Part shown: piece by piece, positions 37,453-49,100 of the stretch
Layout: each line of letters begins with the position of its first letter
Position numbering within the stretch: the first letter of the stretch is position 1
DNA from: Vicugna vicugna
Taxonomy: Eukaryota
DNA length: 64,000 nt
NCBI GenBank assembly: GCA_013265495.1
Contig: MU059829.1
Span: forward strand, 4,112,409-4,176,408
Reading direction: 5' to 3'
Notes under the pieces: generated by a model
Databases searched by the model: none
Told to the model about the DNA's origin: nothing
The model's input: only the letters and a program-made list of their open reading frames with translations
Made by a program: the position numbers and the translations under genes

Positions 37453-37478
37453 ACACACACACACACACACACACACAC
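37453..37478. repeat. (CA)n microsatellite
   Basis: Perfect CA run of about 13 units. Confidence 0.95.
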
Positions 37479-39309
37479 TTACTCACACTCGTTTTGCCCT
37501 GGGCACCGGCTGGCTGGGACCAGGGTGGCAGTGAGTGTGGGGTGGGGGTGGGCTGCTCTGTCCTGCTGCCTGCATGTGCCCACCCAGCTCTCCAGCACAG
37601 CGACAAGAGCCTCGGTCCACTCTGTGTCCTCCCTTGGCGACCTGGAGCTTCCAGGGAGCTGCCCTCCGGGACGGGTCTGGGCGCTGCGGGCCGGAATCCT
37701 CCCGGGGGGGCACATGTTCTGTGGGGACACACCTGCCCTGTGGCTCCCCCACCCTGGCCACTGTCGAGTCTCACCGCCCCACGGATAAACGTGTTTACAA
37801 GCATCCGAGGAACAGACGAGGTCATGACACAAGGTGCCAAGAACAAAACAAACAAGTCCTCAAAGTCAAAGGGACACTTTTGTAAGCGGAACCATCTTCA
37901 CACGGTTGAGAAAACATCACCATGGTTGTCATTTACCCAAGATGACGTTGAAGAAACACGATGAACACAAAGGAAGCATCCAGAACACAACACATGACAG
38001 GATCTGTTGTTGAGGACAGAGGCGCCTGAGAGCAAAGACCCGAAACGCAGACAGAGCTCACGGGAAGCGTGGGGACGGCCGACGCCCCCAGTCAGAGCGG
38101 CTTCCTGGGAGGGAGGGGCTGGAGGTCTGCTGGTCACGTCACAGTTTCTGGGAGGGAGGCAGGTCTACACGCGGGAAGAGGGGACCACCAGGTTTCAGGT
38201 TGCGGGGGTGGAAGCGCGGCCGGGGTGGGGGCGGGTGGAGGAGGCAGCTGGGCGGGTGAGGAGAGCGGGGGTCACCCACTGAAGCCAGTGCCCTCGGACA
38301 GCTGTGGGCTCCACGGTCATTTTGCCTGGGGGCGCTGCTGCGGGGGTCCCCGGGCCCCTCTAAGGGCGTGAGCGTAGCTCGGGCACAGCAATCTCATGGG
38401 GCCCTTCACCTGCTGACTGTGAACTGAGCGTTCTCCCCCCGCCCCATGTTCCATTATGCTCTCTGGATTATGAACAAATAAGAGTGTTTGCCATCACCCT
38501 CAAGTGGCTGAGCGCCTGCAAGCGGGACGAGCCACTCTGCACAGACCGCGGATTCCCAGCCCCGTGCCAGCACCACGGCTGGCGCACGCTCGCACCTGTG
38601 GGAGCCAGCGGTGCCCAGACCCCGCCCGGTCACAGCAGCCTCTCCCCGAGGGGCGACGAACCGCAGCCACGGATGACCGACCACAACCGCCCACGAGCAC
38701 GTGGCGTGGAATAAAGTCGCTTTAAGGGAACCCATTCTGCTCGTGGGGCGACCACGGTTCACTTGGTCCCAACCCTGTCAGACCATGGCATGGAGGAGAC
38801 CAAGGACAGAGGCGGTGACAGTCAAGAGCCAAATGGCTCCTTTTTCTTGCTGTGCTAGAAAATACTCTCTCAGGAGAAACTGCATTTCACTCTACACAGA
38901 CTCGTAATCTAGAAGAAAGTGACGATAAACGAATCAGGAAATGCAGACTCTTCAGGCACCTGTTAGCTGGGCGCCCACCGAACGAGGCGTTGCCGTGGGC
39001 GCTGGAGCACAGCCAAGGACCTGCTCTCCCCCGGAACTAACTTTCCAGCAGGAAGGAGGGAGAGCAAGCCGTACACCTCTTCTACTGCGTGTGTGTATTT
39101 GCAAGATGGGGTCACTTCTACAGGGCAAGCAGAGCCAGGCGCGGGGCCCGGCGCGCAGGATGATGCTGCGCAGAGATCGGGAGGCGGTCAGGGCGGCCCC
39201 TCACTTACTGTCCCCAGAGCCCTGCCCGCCCAGACTGTCACAGGGCTGGAACCAGTGTGTAGCCTTCTCAGACGGGCTGCCTTCACTGGGTCACGTGCAC
39301 TGGGGTTCC

Positions 39310-39700
39310 TCGTGTCTTCTCGTGGCTTGAAGGCCCATTTGTTTTCGGTGCTGAGCAATACTCCACTGTCGGGCTGTAATCCAGTTTATTTACCCACTTG
39401 CTTGTTGAAGGACATCTTGGTTGCTTCCAGCTTTCTTATGAATAAAGCTGCTGAAAACGTTATGTGTAGGCTTTTGTGTAGACATATTTTTTCAGCTCAT
39501 TTGGGTAAATACCAAGAAGCGTGACTGCTGGATCACAGGGCAGGAGAGTGTTCAGTTTTGTAAGAAGCCGCCTAACTGTCTTCCAGAGCAGCCCCGCCGA
39601 GCTGCGTTCCCCTAGCAGGGGCGAGAGCTCCCACTCCTCCACGTCCTCGCAGCACTTGGTGGTGCTGGGTGTGGGGTGTGGCGGGCTTTTGAACATGTTA
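39310..39700 (-). mobile_element. L1MB-type 3' fragment
   Basis: ttgaaggacatcttggttgcttccagc...aataaagctgctgaaaacgttatgtgtaggcttttgtgtagacatatttt...gggtaaataccaagaagcgtgactgctggatc is a classic antisense L1MB segment. Confidence 0.8.
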
Positions 39701-39705
39701 GGGCT

Positions 39706-40120
39706 GAGATGCCTGTTAGACATCTAAAGACTGCAGGAGACGAGAGTCGGGTTCTGGGGAGACACTTAAGGTGTGCGTACCAATCAGAGAGTCGCCAAAA
39801 AACAGATGCACGTAAAGCCGGGAGGGGGAGGGGGTGACTTGGAAGATGAATACAAACTGGGAAGAGAGAGCTCGGTATCAAAACGTCCAGCAGCTGGAAA
39901 GATGAGGAGGAACTAAAAAGGGCAACTGAATAAGCAGCCAGTGAAGTAAGAGGAAAAGAGAGGGACAAAGAGAGAGACACAGAGGAGAAGGGAGGGGTGG
40001 GGGAGGTGTCCTGGGGCTGGAGACGCTGTTGGGGTGAGGGAGGACGTGGGGACACCAGCCGGGCCAGTTCCAGTCCCCGCTGAGGTTACAGAGGAATTCT
40101 TGTTGGTCAGTGAGGATGAA
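39706..40120 (-). mobile_element. L2 LINE fragment
   Basis: gagatgcctgttagacatct ... gaggaggaactaaaaagggcaactgaataagcagccagtgaagtaagaggaaaa matches antisense L2. Confidence 0.65.
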
Positions 40121-40649
40121 GGCCTAGGGGATGGCCCTCAGGGAGGGGGCGGATCCATGCCGTTTCTTTGGAGGAAAGTGGAGAAACCGACCGCGGCTGG
40201 AAGCAGACACGGGATCGAGGGAGGAAGCTTCTCTCTGAAGGTGAGGGGCGCCCCCTGCTCGGGTGCTGGCGGAGACGGAGCAGCAGGGAGGAACAGGCCA
40301 GGGGTGCAGGGCAGGGCCCGGGGGGCAAGGGAACGGCCCTCACACGAGGAGGCCGGCTTCGGGGGGGTGTCCCTGGGGCAGGGGTGTGTGGGCGCAGAGG
40401 TGGTCCGGGACCCCGCGGATGGACCGCACGTGTGTCCTCAGTGCGTGGTGACCAGGAGACGCAGGGCCACCAGCTGAAAGGAAGGAGGAAGAGTCGGAGG
40501 TTTGCATCCACAAGAGAAGGTGCAAAAAATCAGCGGGCCAGGTTCTGTGAACGGCCGGTTTCTGCGAATGGCCTGGAAGAGTGGGCCACCCTGCCCGGGC
40601 GAGAAGTGTAGCACCAGCAGGGTGCACTCTGCCTGGTCACTCAGCTGCT

Positions 40650-40702
40650 GGGGCGGACACGGGGCGGTGGACACGGGGCGGCGGACACAGGGCAGCGGAC
40701 AG
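40650..40702. repeat. 14-bp GC-box minisatellite (about 4 copies)
   Basis: ggggcggacac / ggggcggtggacac / ggggcggcggacac / agggcagcggacag. Confidence 0.8.
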
Positions 40703-42240
40703 TTACCCACGGCGGGGACCGTGCCCACGGGGTGAGCGCGTAGGAAGCATCCATCACAGGGACCGGGCTGACCAGGTCTGAGAGGCGAGGGGCACACGGA
40801 GGGGAGGGCCCTGAGGGCGGCGGTTTCCGTGGGTGGTGCCGGCAGCTGCTCCCCCGGGCCTGGCCCAGGGTCCGCTCACACCCAGACAGTCCCTGCCCTC
40901 AGGACTGGCCCCAGGCCTCCTGGAGCTCCGTACACACTCAACGATCACTGGCTGAACTGGATTTCCCCCAAATTTCAAAACAGAACCTGCTAACTGAACA
41001 CACACACGTATGCATGTGCACACACACAAAATGAAATACTTTTAGGAAGAAAGGACAGAAATGTAAAATGTCAGAAATCATTATATTTTGGTCTAAGATG
41101 ACCCTCCCCAAAGAGATCTGGCCTAATCTACCCAACTAACAGAGCCCTGAATGGGGGCGTCCTTCTAAAACAAACGCCACTTAGGCTCAGCGGGCAAAGG
41201 GCTTTGAGACAAACATCCCGTCATCCTTCTGTGATTAGTTGAGAGTTTGCTTCTTTCATGAGAGAATTTGGGAAGCTGAAATCACCTATAAAGATGGACT
41301 AGAAGAACCTTCATTTCTCCCCCCAGTGCGGAGTTTTCTCAGTCTCCCAACTGCTCCGCGGCTGGCCGGGCTCGCTCTGGGCGCAGACTGTCATCCAGCT
41401 CCGTCATGTCCCCATGGGCGTACTCTGTCCTCCTTCTCTCTCGGGGTTGTCCTCCGTCTTCTGGTTGCACATTCAGCCAGGTCACATAACTACTGTCCAC
41501 GTGACCCCCCTCAGGACACAACCGTGTGCCTGGCGTTAGCTGTCCTGGGCTGAGAGGCACCTTTCCTGCGAACCCCACAGCGTCGCCTCCTCGGAGAGCT
41601 AACCTTGCAGATAATCAGACATTTTGCTCTTTGTTACACTCGGTTTCCCGAAAGCCTCCAGCACATTCCTCAGCCTGAGAACAAATCACTGATGTCTCAG
41701 GGCAAATCTCTTCTCTGCATTTCTCAGCAGCACAGGTCTGGAACGGGAAAATCCAAATGTGTAAGCAGGTTCTGGCACTTCCACTGCACCTTCCATCATT
41801 GCGGGGCGTTCACCTTGAGGTCGTCTTTACTAACGGTTTTTAAGACAATGAATAATACTGATTGTTGAATTGAGGAGGAAAATGTGTTAATTGTGGAAGA
41901 TTATCACAACGGAAGTGCTCTTGCACTCACGCGTGAAATCTGAGAGGCTCCGTCCCGTCCTGTGTAGACATGGTCCAGCCCATCTGCACCGTTCGGTTCT
42001 GTGCCACCTGGCGCCCCTCAGACGACAGACTCCCGTCACTACCGTGTCACCTGAGGGAGGGCAGCTAGACTGATGGAAACTGGAGGCTGGATTTGTTTAC
42101 AAGTTTGCAACTTTAGGAACCAAAGAGCGTTCTTTAAAATCTTACATCCATGCAAACAGGCATAAATATAGAAAGTATCGCCCTCAAAAAGAAAAAAAAA
42201 ACTATAAAAAAATTACCCTGTAAAGAATGCACCTCGTCAC

Positions 42241-42390
42241 CAGGACTGTGATTTGCAGGACCCAGCGCACAGTGAAAATGCAGTCCCTTTGCTCAAAAAT
42301 TACTAAGAATTTCAAACAGTAACCGCAGAACATTAAACCAAGTGGGGCCCTCCTCAGCGCTGGGCCCTTCGCTCCAGTGGAGGCCAAGTG
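42241..42390 (-). mobile_element. MER91A-like non-autonomous hAT (Tip100) DNA transposon
   Basis: caggac...atttgcaggacccagcgcacagtgaaaatgcagtccctttgctcaaaaattactaagaatttcaa...cagaacattaaaccaagtggggccctcctcagcgctgggccc closely follows the reverse complement of MER91A as recalled. Confidence 0.75.
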
Positions 42391-43027
42391 CCTCGGACCC
42401 GCGTCCGGGGGGAGAGGCCGCCCCAGCAGCACACGGCATCACGCCAAGACGCGAGCTTCCCCGCGTGGGCGGTCTTCACTCCAGACTGTCAAGCCAGAAG
42501 CCTTCAGGCTGGTCAGAGGCAAATTCTGTCACTCTACTGACTAAAACGATACAGCGTGTTACTCGTTCTAACATTGGCCCAAGAGCAACGGACAGAGGGC
42601 TTTCAAATGGGGCCCCCGCGCGTTTCCACTGGAAGCCAGTGACCGCCAGCTGGTCGTCTTCCCACAGTCAGGGAACGATTTTCTTTCACTTCACGCAAGA
42701 GCACGGGAGTCCCTCCGGAAGCCAAGTGGTTGTTCTTCTGTTTGCATGATATAAACAATTTGCACTGAAACTGTCTGCAGTCACGGGTTACAGCTACCTT
42801 GTAAACACACTCACTCAAGCTCCTCGCTGTGTCTTTTCGTTTTAAATTTGCTTTGCCCCAAGGCATCATACAGAAGTCGCCCAATTTTAGCATATGTCTG
42901 GTTTGGGTTTTACCTACCAGGATTTCCTGAGATACACTTCCAGATTTTCCTTCCCCAGTATTGCTTTATGTTCTGGGACGTGGTTGGCCATCATTGTAGC
43001 CTGTGTCTGTAGCCAACAGCTCCTAGC

Positions 43028-43328
43028 TGCCGTGGACCGAACGTCTGTGTCCTCACTCCCCAGACCCAGGTGGCGGTGCTGGGTTGGGGCGGCACGGGAA
43101 GCGATGAAGTCACGAGGGGGGGCCCATGAATGGATTAGTGCCCTCGTAAGGGAGACCCCAGAGAGCCCCAGCTCCTCCTCCACGTGAGGAGGGAACTGGG
43201 AAGACTAACAGACTCCACACCTGCCAGGGCCTCGACCTCAGGCCTCCTGTTCCCAGACCCGTGAGAACGTCCCCGTTGTCCACAAGCCTCTTGCTCTGTA
43301 GGAGGGACTGGCAGCCGTGTCTGATGAT
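43028..43328 (+). mobile_element. MaLR LTR (MLT1A-type), solo
   Basis: Starts tgccgtggaccgaacgtctgtgtcc. Internal catgaatggattagtgccctcgtaagggagaccccagagagc, cacgtgagga and ccagacccgtgagaac are MLT1 hallmarks. Confidence 0.8.
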
Positions 43329-46300
43329 TTTTCACTTTTCTCTCTGAGTCAACAGACCATCATCCCCAGTTAAGGCCTAGGTTTGCTGCTGGACCTCACG
43401 ACGCCTGGGGGCACCTACAGGGAGAACAGGTGTCTGTCCCCCTCGTGTGCACGGTGGGCAGAGGGGAGTGTCCGCTGTGTCCCCGACGGCTGGACGATGG
43501 TGCTGCTGCGATGACCCAATCGACCCCTGGCCCCCAGCCGGCCTCGGGCGGACCGGAGCCCGGCAAGGCACCGTCCGTATGGAAACGGCCTTTCCCGGCG
43601 CCTGAGGGCCAGTTCTGTTGAACGCTCTCCTTGTCTCGTCCTCTACTGCACTTATTTACTCCCTGCAAAGAGTTTCGTTTTCCAAGAAGGTCAAGCTCGC
43701 CTTCCCTGGGTCAGCGTTTCGCAAACAACAAGGCGGTGATAACCAAGGGACCATGTGTCACAAAACTGACTGATGAGACGAGGGCCTGCAGACAGCGACT
43801 CAGGCGAAACGGGGATTCCACACGAGACACAGCCTCACGGCGGAAACGAAGTTTCGTGCGTCTCCACTGTCCCGTCAGGGACAAGACACCCACGTGCGTG
43901 TGACCAAGGAAATACAAACTGTACCATTTCAACAACCTGCACGTGCGTTCAGCGCGCTCTCATTTTTATTTAGAACCAGCATTGCACCACGTGAAGACAG
44001 ATGGTCAAACTCGTGCAGGCAACAGACCGCAGGACACAGCAAAGCCTGAATCTGCAGTACGTTTAAGGGCACTTTTTCCTGCTTATTGAACAAACGGCCA
44101 GTGGTCTCCATTTGGCACCAGCCCTGCAGGTTGGGGGGCAGGAGCTCACGCTCTCTTGGCCTTAACAGCTTAGGGCCAAGGACGATGATAAGCTTGTGAC
44201 TTAAACTGAGAGTCGCAGGAAGTGGCAGGTGGGCTTCCGTGGTGGGAGATGAGCTAAGTCTGTGGGGTTCCTGTCCACCTGTCCTTGGGGACACTGAGCG
44301 AGCCCTGCCTGTGGCTCCTCTCTGAGCACATGTGTCTTCCTGGTCCATTCAGGGAGAGATCCGGCTGCATTCCAAGCACAGAAGAGAAGTGGTAATGAGG
44401 CTTAATTTGGGCTGAGCAACTGGTTTACGCAGATGAAGTCTGCGCAGAAATGAGCTCACCAAGTGCCCCGAATCTGAGCCGATGAAGGTCACGAGCTCAA
44501 CGATGTGCCTGGCGGGCAGGGCTGCCTCGGGGCAGGTCACGGGGTCAGAGCACGTCCACCGCTGGGGGCCTGGGGCCGGCCCGGCTGTGTCTGCCAGCCG
44601 TGGGGACCCTGCCTTGGCTGAGGCGTCCCGTCCCTGCTCTTTGACAAGGAAGCGGGCCAGCCCCTTGCAGCTCTGCCGTCGAGGGAAGTTTGCTTTAGGC
44701 ATTACTGTTGCCATTTCTCTCTTGACTGGTGTTTTAAGGAAAACAGACCGGAAGGGGAACTCCACCTGCCCAAGTGTCTTAGGCGTATCAATTCTCAGTA
44801 ATTAAAGCGTTGATAGAAGGCTACAACTCCGCAGCCAAGTAAGCAGGGTGAATCCCCGTGAGGAGGAATTTACGGTAGGACAACTCTGTTTCCCACATCG
44901 TAACGTGAAAAAGAAAACTTTCATGGAAAACGTGTGTGATATTGTGCCTTAAATAACGTACACTCGGAGCAACGTTAGTGCCTTAGGATGGAATCACAAG
45001 AGCGCCTTGCTGTGAACACTGACACCCGCAGACAGAACGCCGCGGCTTAACTACAGTGACGGGCACCAACGCCACAGCAGCTCTAAAAGGGCGGCTGTGA
45101 CACCAACCCGGTCCGCTCACAGCTTTGTAGACTCGAAGCGGGGCTGAGTTTGCAGGCAGCGCAAACGGGCAGGGAGAGCATGGACACGCGGCCCGGGACC
45201 GGGCTCCGTCGCTCCCCTGGGAACTCCGACGTCGTGGAATTACAAACAAGACGTCGTCAGGGGCCCAGACAGTGGTCTGTCCCGACTTGGAAAAGGGAAA
45301 CCAAGGCTCAAATGCCGTGTAACAGAAACAGTGCTTTCAAAATGCAGAGACAGGAGACGCGCCCCCCACCCCGTCCTCACAGCTGCCTCATCTGACGAGG
45401 CTCGAGCCCCCCAGACCCAGGTGCCACGTCCGTCTCTCCCGCTGGGGGTCGTGGCAGGCACGCATGTCAGTCGGCAAACAGAACTGAATCCAGGCAGAGG
45501 ATCGGCAAGCTCTCCACTCAGCTGAAACCTGTGAGTCCTGGAGTGACAGCCGGGTGCTGAGGAAGGAGGCGGCGTGTACACCTTAAGCAAGGAACCAAGG
45601 AATGTGGTCCACGCGGAGTCTGTGCTACGGACCACACGACAGGGAACAACAGCCACGTGAGCTGTTCCAGGGGTCACCGCAGCCACCTGATGGCTGAGCA
45701 GAGGCAAACCCTGGTTTCACGGACAAGTTTGTGACCATGCCAGAAAACGGGACCCTCAAGACAACGGTCGGTGATGACATCAGGGTGACATGAAACACCC
45801 TGCGGGAGTCACCTGCCTGGAGGTGAGGACGCCGCCCGTGGGGACGGGATGGAGACACACGCACTCCCGTGCGTGCGGTGACCCAGACCCGAAAGCCAGC
45901 GCTGGCTGCACCCTCGGCCATGGGGGATGCGGCAGTGCCCCCGGCTGCTTGAGGAGAGTCTAAAAGACTTTTGGCTTAATTTAACACAGTCAGTCCTTGC
46001 TAAGCACTGTCCTTTGGGGCGTGGAGGGGGAAACAGTGAACTTAAAAACAAAAACCCTGCCTTCAGTGAGTTCAACAGTCTAGAAAGTGAAGCCCCAATG
46101 AACAGTAACTATCGCCCCACACCGCTTCAGGACGCGCACAAGTCCACAAACGGCGGAGGGCTGCACGGGCGGGTTACTCGCCTGTCAGGGAAGGTCCTGA
46201 TGTGGGGACACACCCCCTGCTTTCTGTGAAGAAAAGCAGCTTCCCGGGGAGAAAATGCGGGGAGGTGACTTCAGGCGGAAGGACCGGCGCGTGCCAAGCC

Positions 46301-47099
46301 ACGGGGCACCAAGCGCAGGCCGTCCGTCCCGGGCAGGTTCCTTTACCGCTAAGTGTCCTGACCAGCCTCAGCGGTGTTTATCCTGGTAAAAAAACGCGTA
46401 TTTTCAGTTTGGCCTTTCAACTTTGTTCATCACGCTGGGCTGTCAACTGGAATTAAATTTTGTAAGATATGAAACACTCTGAACTTCTGTTACATTATGG
46501 ACACATGAAATGTCTCATGGCTAGAAACTGACTGCATTCAATGCTCGCCCGACATGAAGTCTGGTGTCGGCCCCGGTCCACCGCTCCCTGCCTCCTCTGC
46601 TGACCTGCAGCCTGTTCCCGAGACGGGCCCCTCAGGGAGCTGGGCAGCTGCACACGCTAACTTAGAGAATCAGACCACAGTTCGCGGCTTGTGCTGAGCC
46701 CTCCGCCGTGCGGTAAGATTGGAACGGCTGCACTCACTGTGCTCTTCTGCTTAGTTACTGCGTCTAAGGGAGCTGCTTCTATAAACAGAGAGCAAAAGCG
46801 CTCCTGCCACCAGAGCCCGAGGCGTCGCCAAGCACAGCTAACGAGGCTCTCCTCCCCCAGAGCCCGAAGCCGGGGAGCCGCTCAGTCTGGGCTCTACAGA
46901 CAAGGAGCGCCAGCGAAACGCACTGGGGTTACGTGTGTTTTCAACCAGCCTGAAAAGTACCGTGCAGTTCTTACACAAGAGCCGGACATGCCAGGGGGTG
47001 ACATCCACGGACTGCACGTGGTGGCTGGGGGCCGGCGAGGGGTCCCCACTAACTGCCCACAACGCTGGGCGTCCCCAGCTCCGCTGGGGCAAGGGGACG

Positions 47100-47170
47100 G
47101 ACCGGGGAGAGCTGGGGCGGCAGGACCAGGGGAGAGCCGGGGCGGCAGGACCAGGGGGAGCTGGGGCGGC
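47100..47170. repeat. 24-25-bp GC-box minisatellite (about 3 copies)
   Basis: gaccggggagagctggggcggcag / gaccaggggagagccggggcggcag / gaccagggggagctggggcggc. Confidence 0.85.
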
Positions 47171-47663
47171 CTCCCCGCACAGGGTGGGGAGCCCAGGTGT
47201 GCAGGGCAGCTCTTCCTCGCAGAGGAGGGAGAGAGGCAGGTGCAGTCACTTCCACGAGAGGACGTGACAGAGGGACCTGGGATGCAGGGGGAGTCGGGTT
47301 CCGGAGAATGAGCAAACAGCGAGGCCGGCGGCTCTGCAGTGCCTGCCTGTCCTCGCACCTCCACCACTCACCACTCCCTACTTTCCCGACATCTCACAGT
47401 CCCCCCGGGGCCACGCCTTCCTGCACCATGTCCACCCGGACTGATCTGACTTAGTCCCATCTGCAAGGTGAGGCCCCCGGGCAGTCATTCCCAGTCCTGG
47501 CTGCTATCATTAGCGGCCTCCTTGATGCCTCCGCTGGGGTCTCAGTGCCCTCGGGCGGCTCAGAGAACCGGTGAGCTTCACTGCAAACCTGCGTCCTCAG
47601 TAAATGACAGCGCTATTATCAAACCACTCAGATGCTCGGCTCAAAAGTGAATCAGTCACCTTT

Positions 47664-48316
47664 TGTTAGAGCAGCAGAGAGCTAGACGTGAGCAGAGAAA
47701 GGGGGACACAGACCACATGGCAGGAACTGGGCAGAAAGGAGGGGCACAGGCCAAATGCAGGAAACCACACGTCACGTGAGCACCAGGGGTCCCTGGGCAT
47801 AGAGAGAAAAGCTGGAACCTCTGGGCTGATAAAGGATCACGCTCTTGGGGGTGACAAGTGGCCTGGAGACAAAGAAAGGTGAGAAAAGGCAGGAGTTTCC
47901 AGTGTCCGAATGTAACCTTTTGCTCATTATGCCCTCATTTCAATAAAATCAGCCTTGCAGACCAGAAGTCCCCATCATTCACCGACGCCAGGACACCTCC
48001 CATCCAGACTAAATAAGGACAAAAATCCCTCCTCCCTTTGGGAAGGTGCAGCTGGGATGATAATCAGGGAATACGACCCCAAGCCCTTCCCTCCCCAGTG
48101 AATATTCCGCCCATTCATTTTCTCACCCTATGTAACCAACTTGCCAAAGAAACTCAGGGCAGCTGCTCCCCTGAGCCAGCCCGCTCTCCCCTTCAGAGTG
48201 TACCATCCATCCCTTAATAAATCCTCACTTAACTTTTTTAACCGCTACGTCTTGTCTCTGAATTCTTTCTGGGACGGGACAGGAACCTGGAACACTGGTT
48301 GCACCCACCGGCAACA
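47664..48316 (+). mobile_element. ERV (class I-like) solo LTR, 653 bp
   Basis: Begins TGTT and ends AACA. 4-bp TSD CTTT at 47660-47663 and 48317-48320. AATAAA at 48216-48221, followed by a U5-like gtcttgtctctgaattcttt. Confidence 0.85.
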
Positions 48317-48879
48317 CTTTGATCTTGCTTCTGCCACCTCACAATAAATCCAACAGGAAGTAGTACTACATCTTTGCCTCCAAAGTGTCCAGCATGCAAA
48401 CACTTCTGAACGTGGCCTCCAGAGCCCAGGCCACAGCATCTCTTGTCTTGGAGCCAAAGCCTCTGGTTTGTGCCCCCCCGTGGGGGCGGAGCCCGGGGGC
48501 CCTGCCGTGTGACCAGCACCGGCACCACCACCACCGGCGTCCACCCTCGTTCAGAGTCCAAGTCACACCCACAGCAGGCTCTGGAAGGCCCTCCTGTGCG
48601 CCTGGCCCCTTCCTCGGCCAACTGCTCTGGCTCCCACCTGGCCACGCCATGCCAGCAGCACTGGCCTGGGCCTCCTTACGGCCCAGATTCCCCTCCCGTT
48701 CCTGGTTTCTGACACTTGATGTTCCACTGCCTGGGTGTCCTTCCTCTGAAGCTCCCCAGGCCCTGCTGCTTCCTGCCCTTCCGACGTCTCCCCGAAGGTC
48801 AGTTCCTCGCGACGCCTTACTCCCGATCTGAGAACCCCACCCCCTTCCACAAGCGCTCCATTCTCTGATCCCATCACAA

Positions 48880-49100
48880 TGGATGTTGCTTGTGGACAGG
48901 ACAGCGCACTGCGTGCCCACCTTCCCAGCAGAATGCAAGCTCCTTCAGTCAGCAAGCCTGCCTCTTTTTTTACTGCTCTGCTCCTGTAATGAATGAGCGT
49001 CTTGTCTGCTCTCTGTATTGGCGGACTCCACGTCCCTCCCAGTCCTGTCTAGAGTGCGGACGACGGACAGGTGGGAAGATGTGGTTCATGGATGGCAGAT
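48880..49100 (+). mobile_element. Possible L2 3' end
   Basis: cccagcagaatgcaagctccttcag...cccagtcctgtctagagtgc...ttcatggatgg resembles the L2 terminus. Confidence 0.4.
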
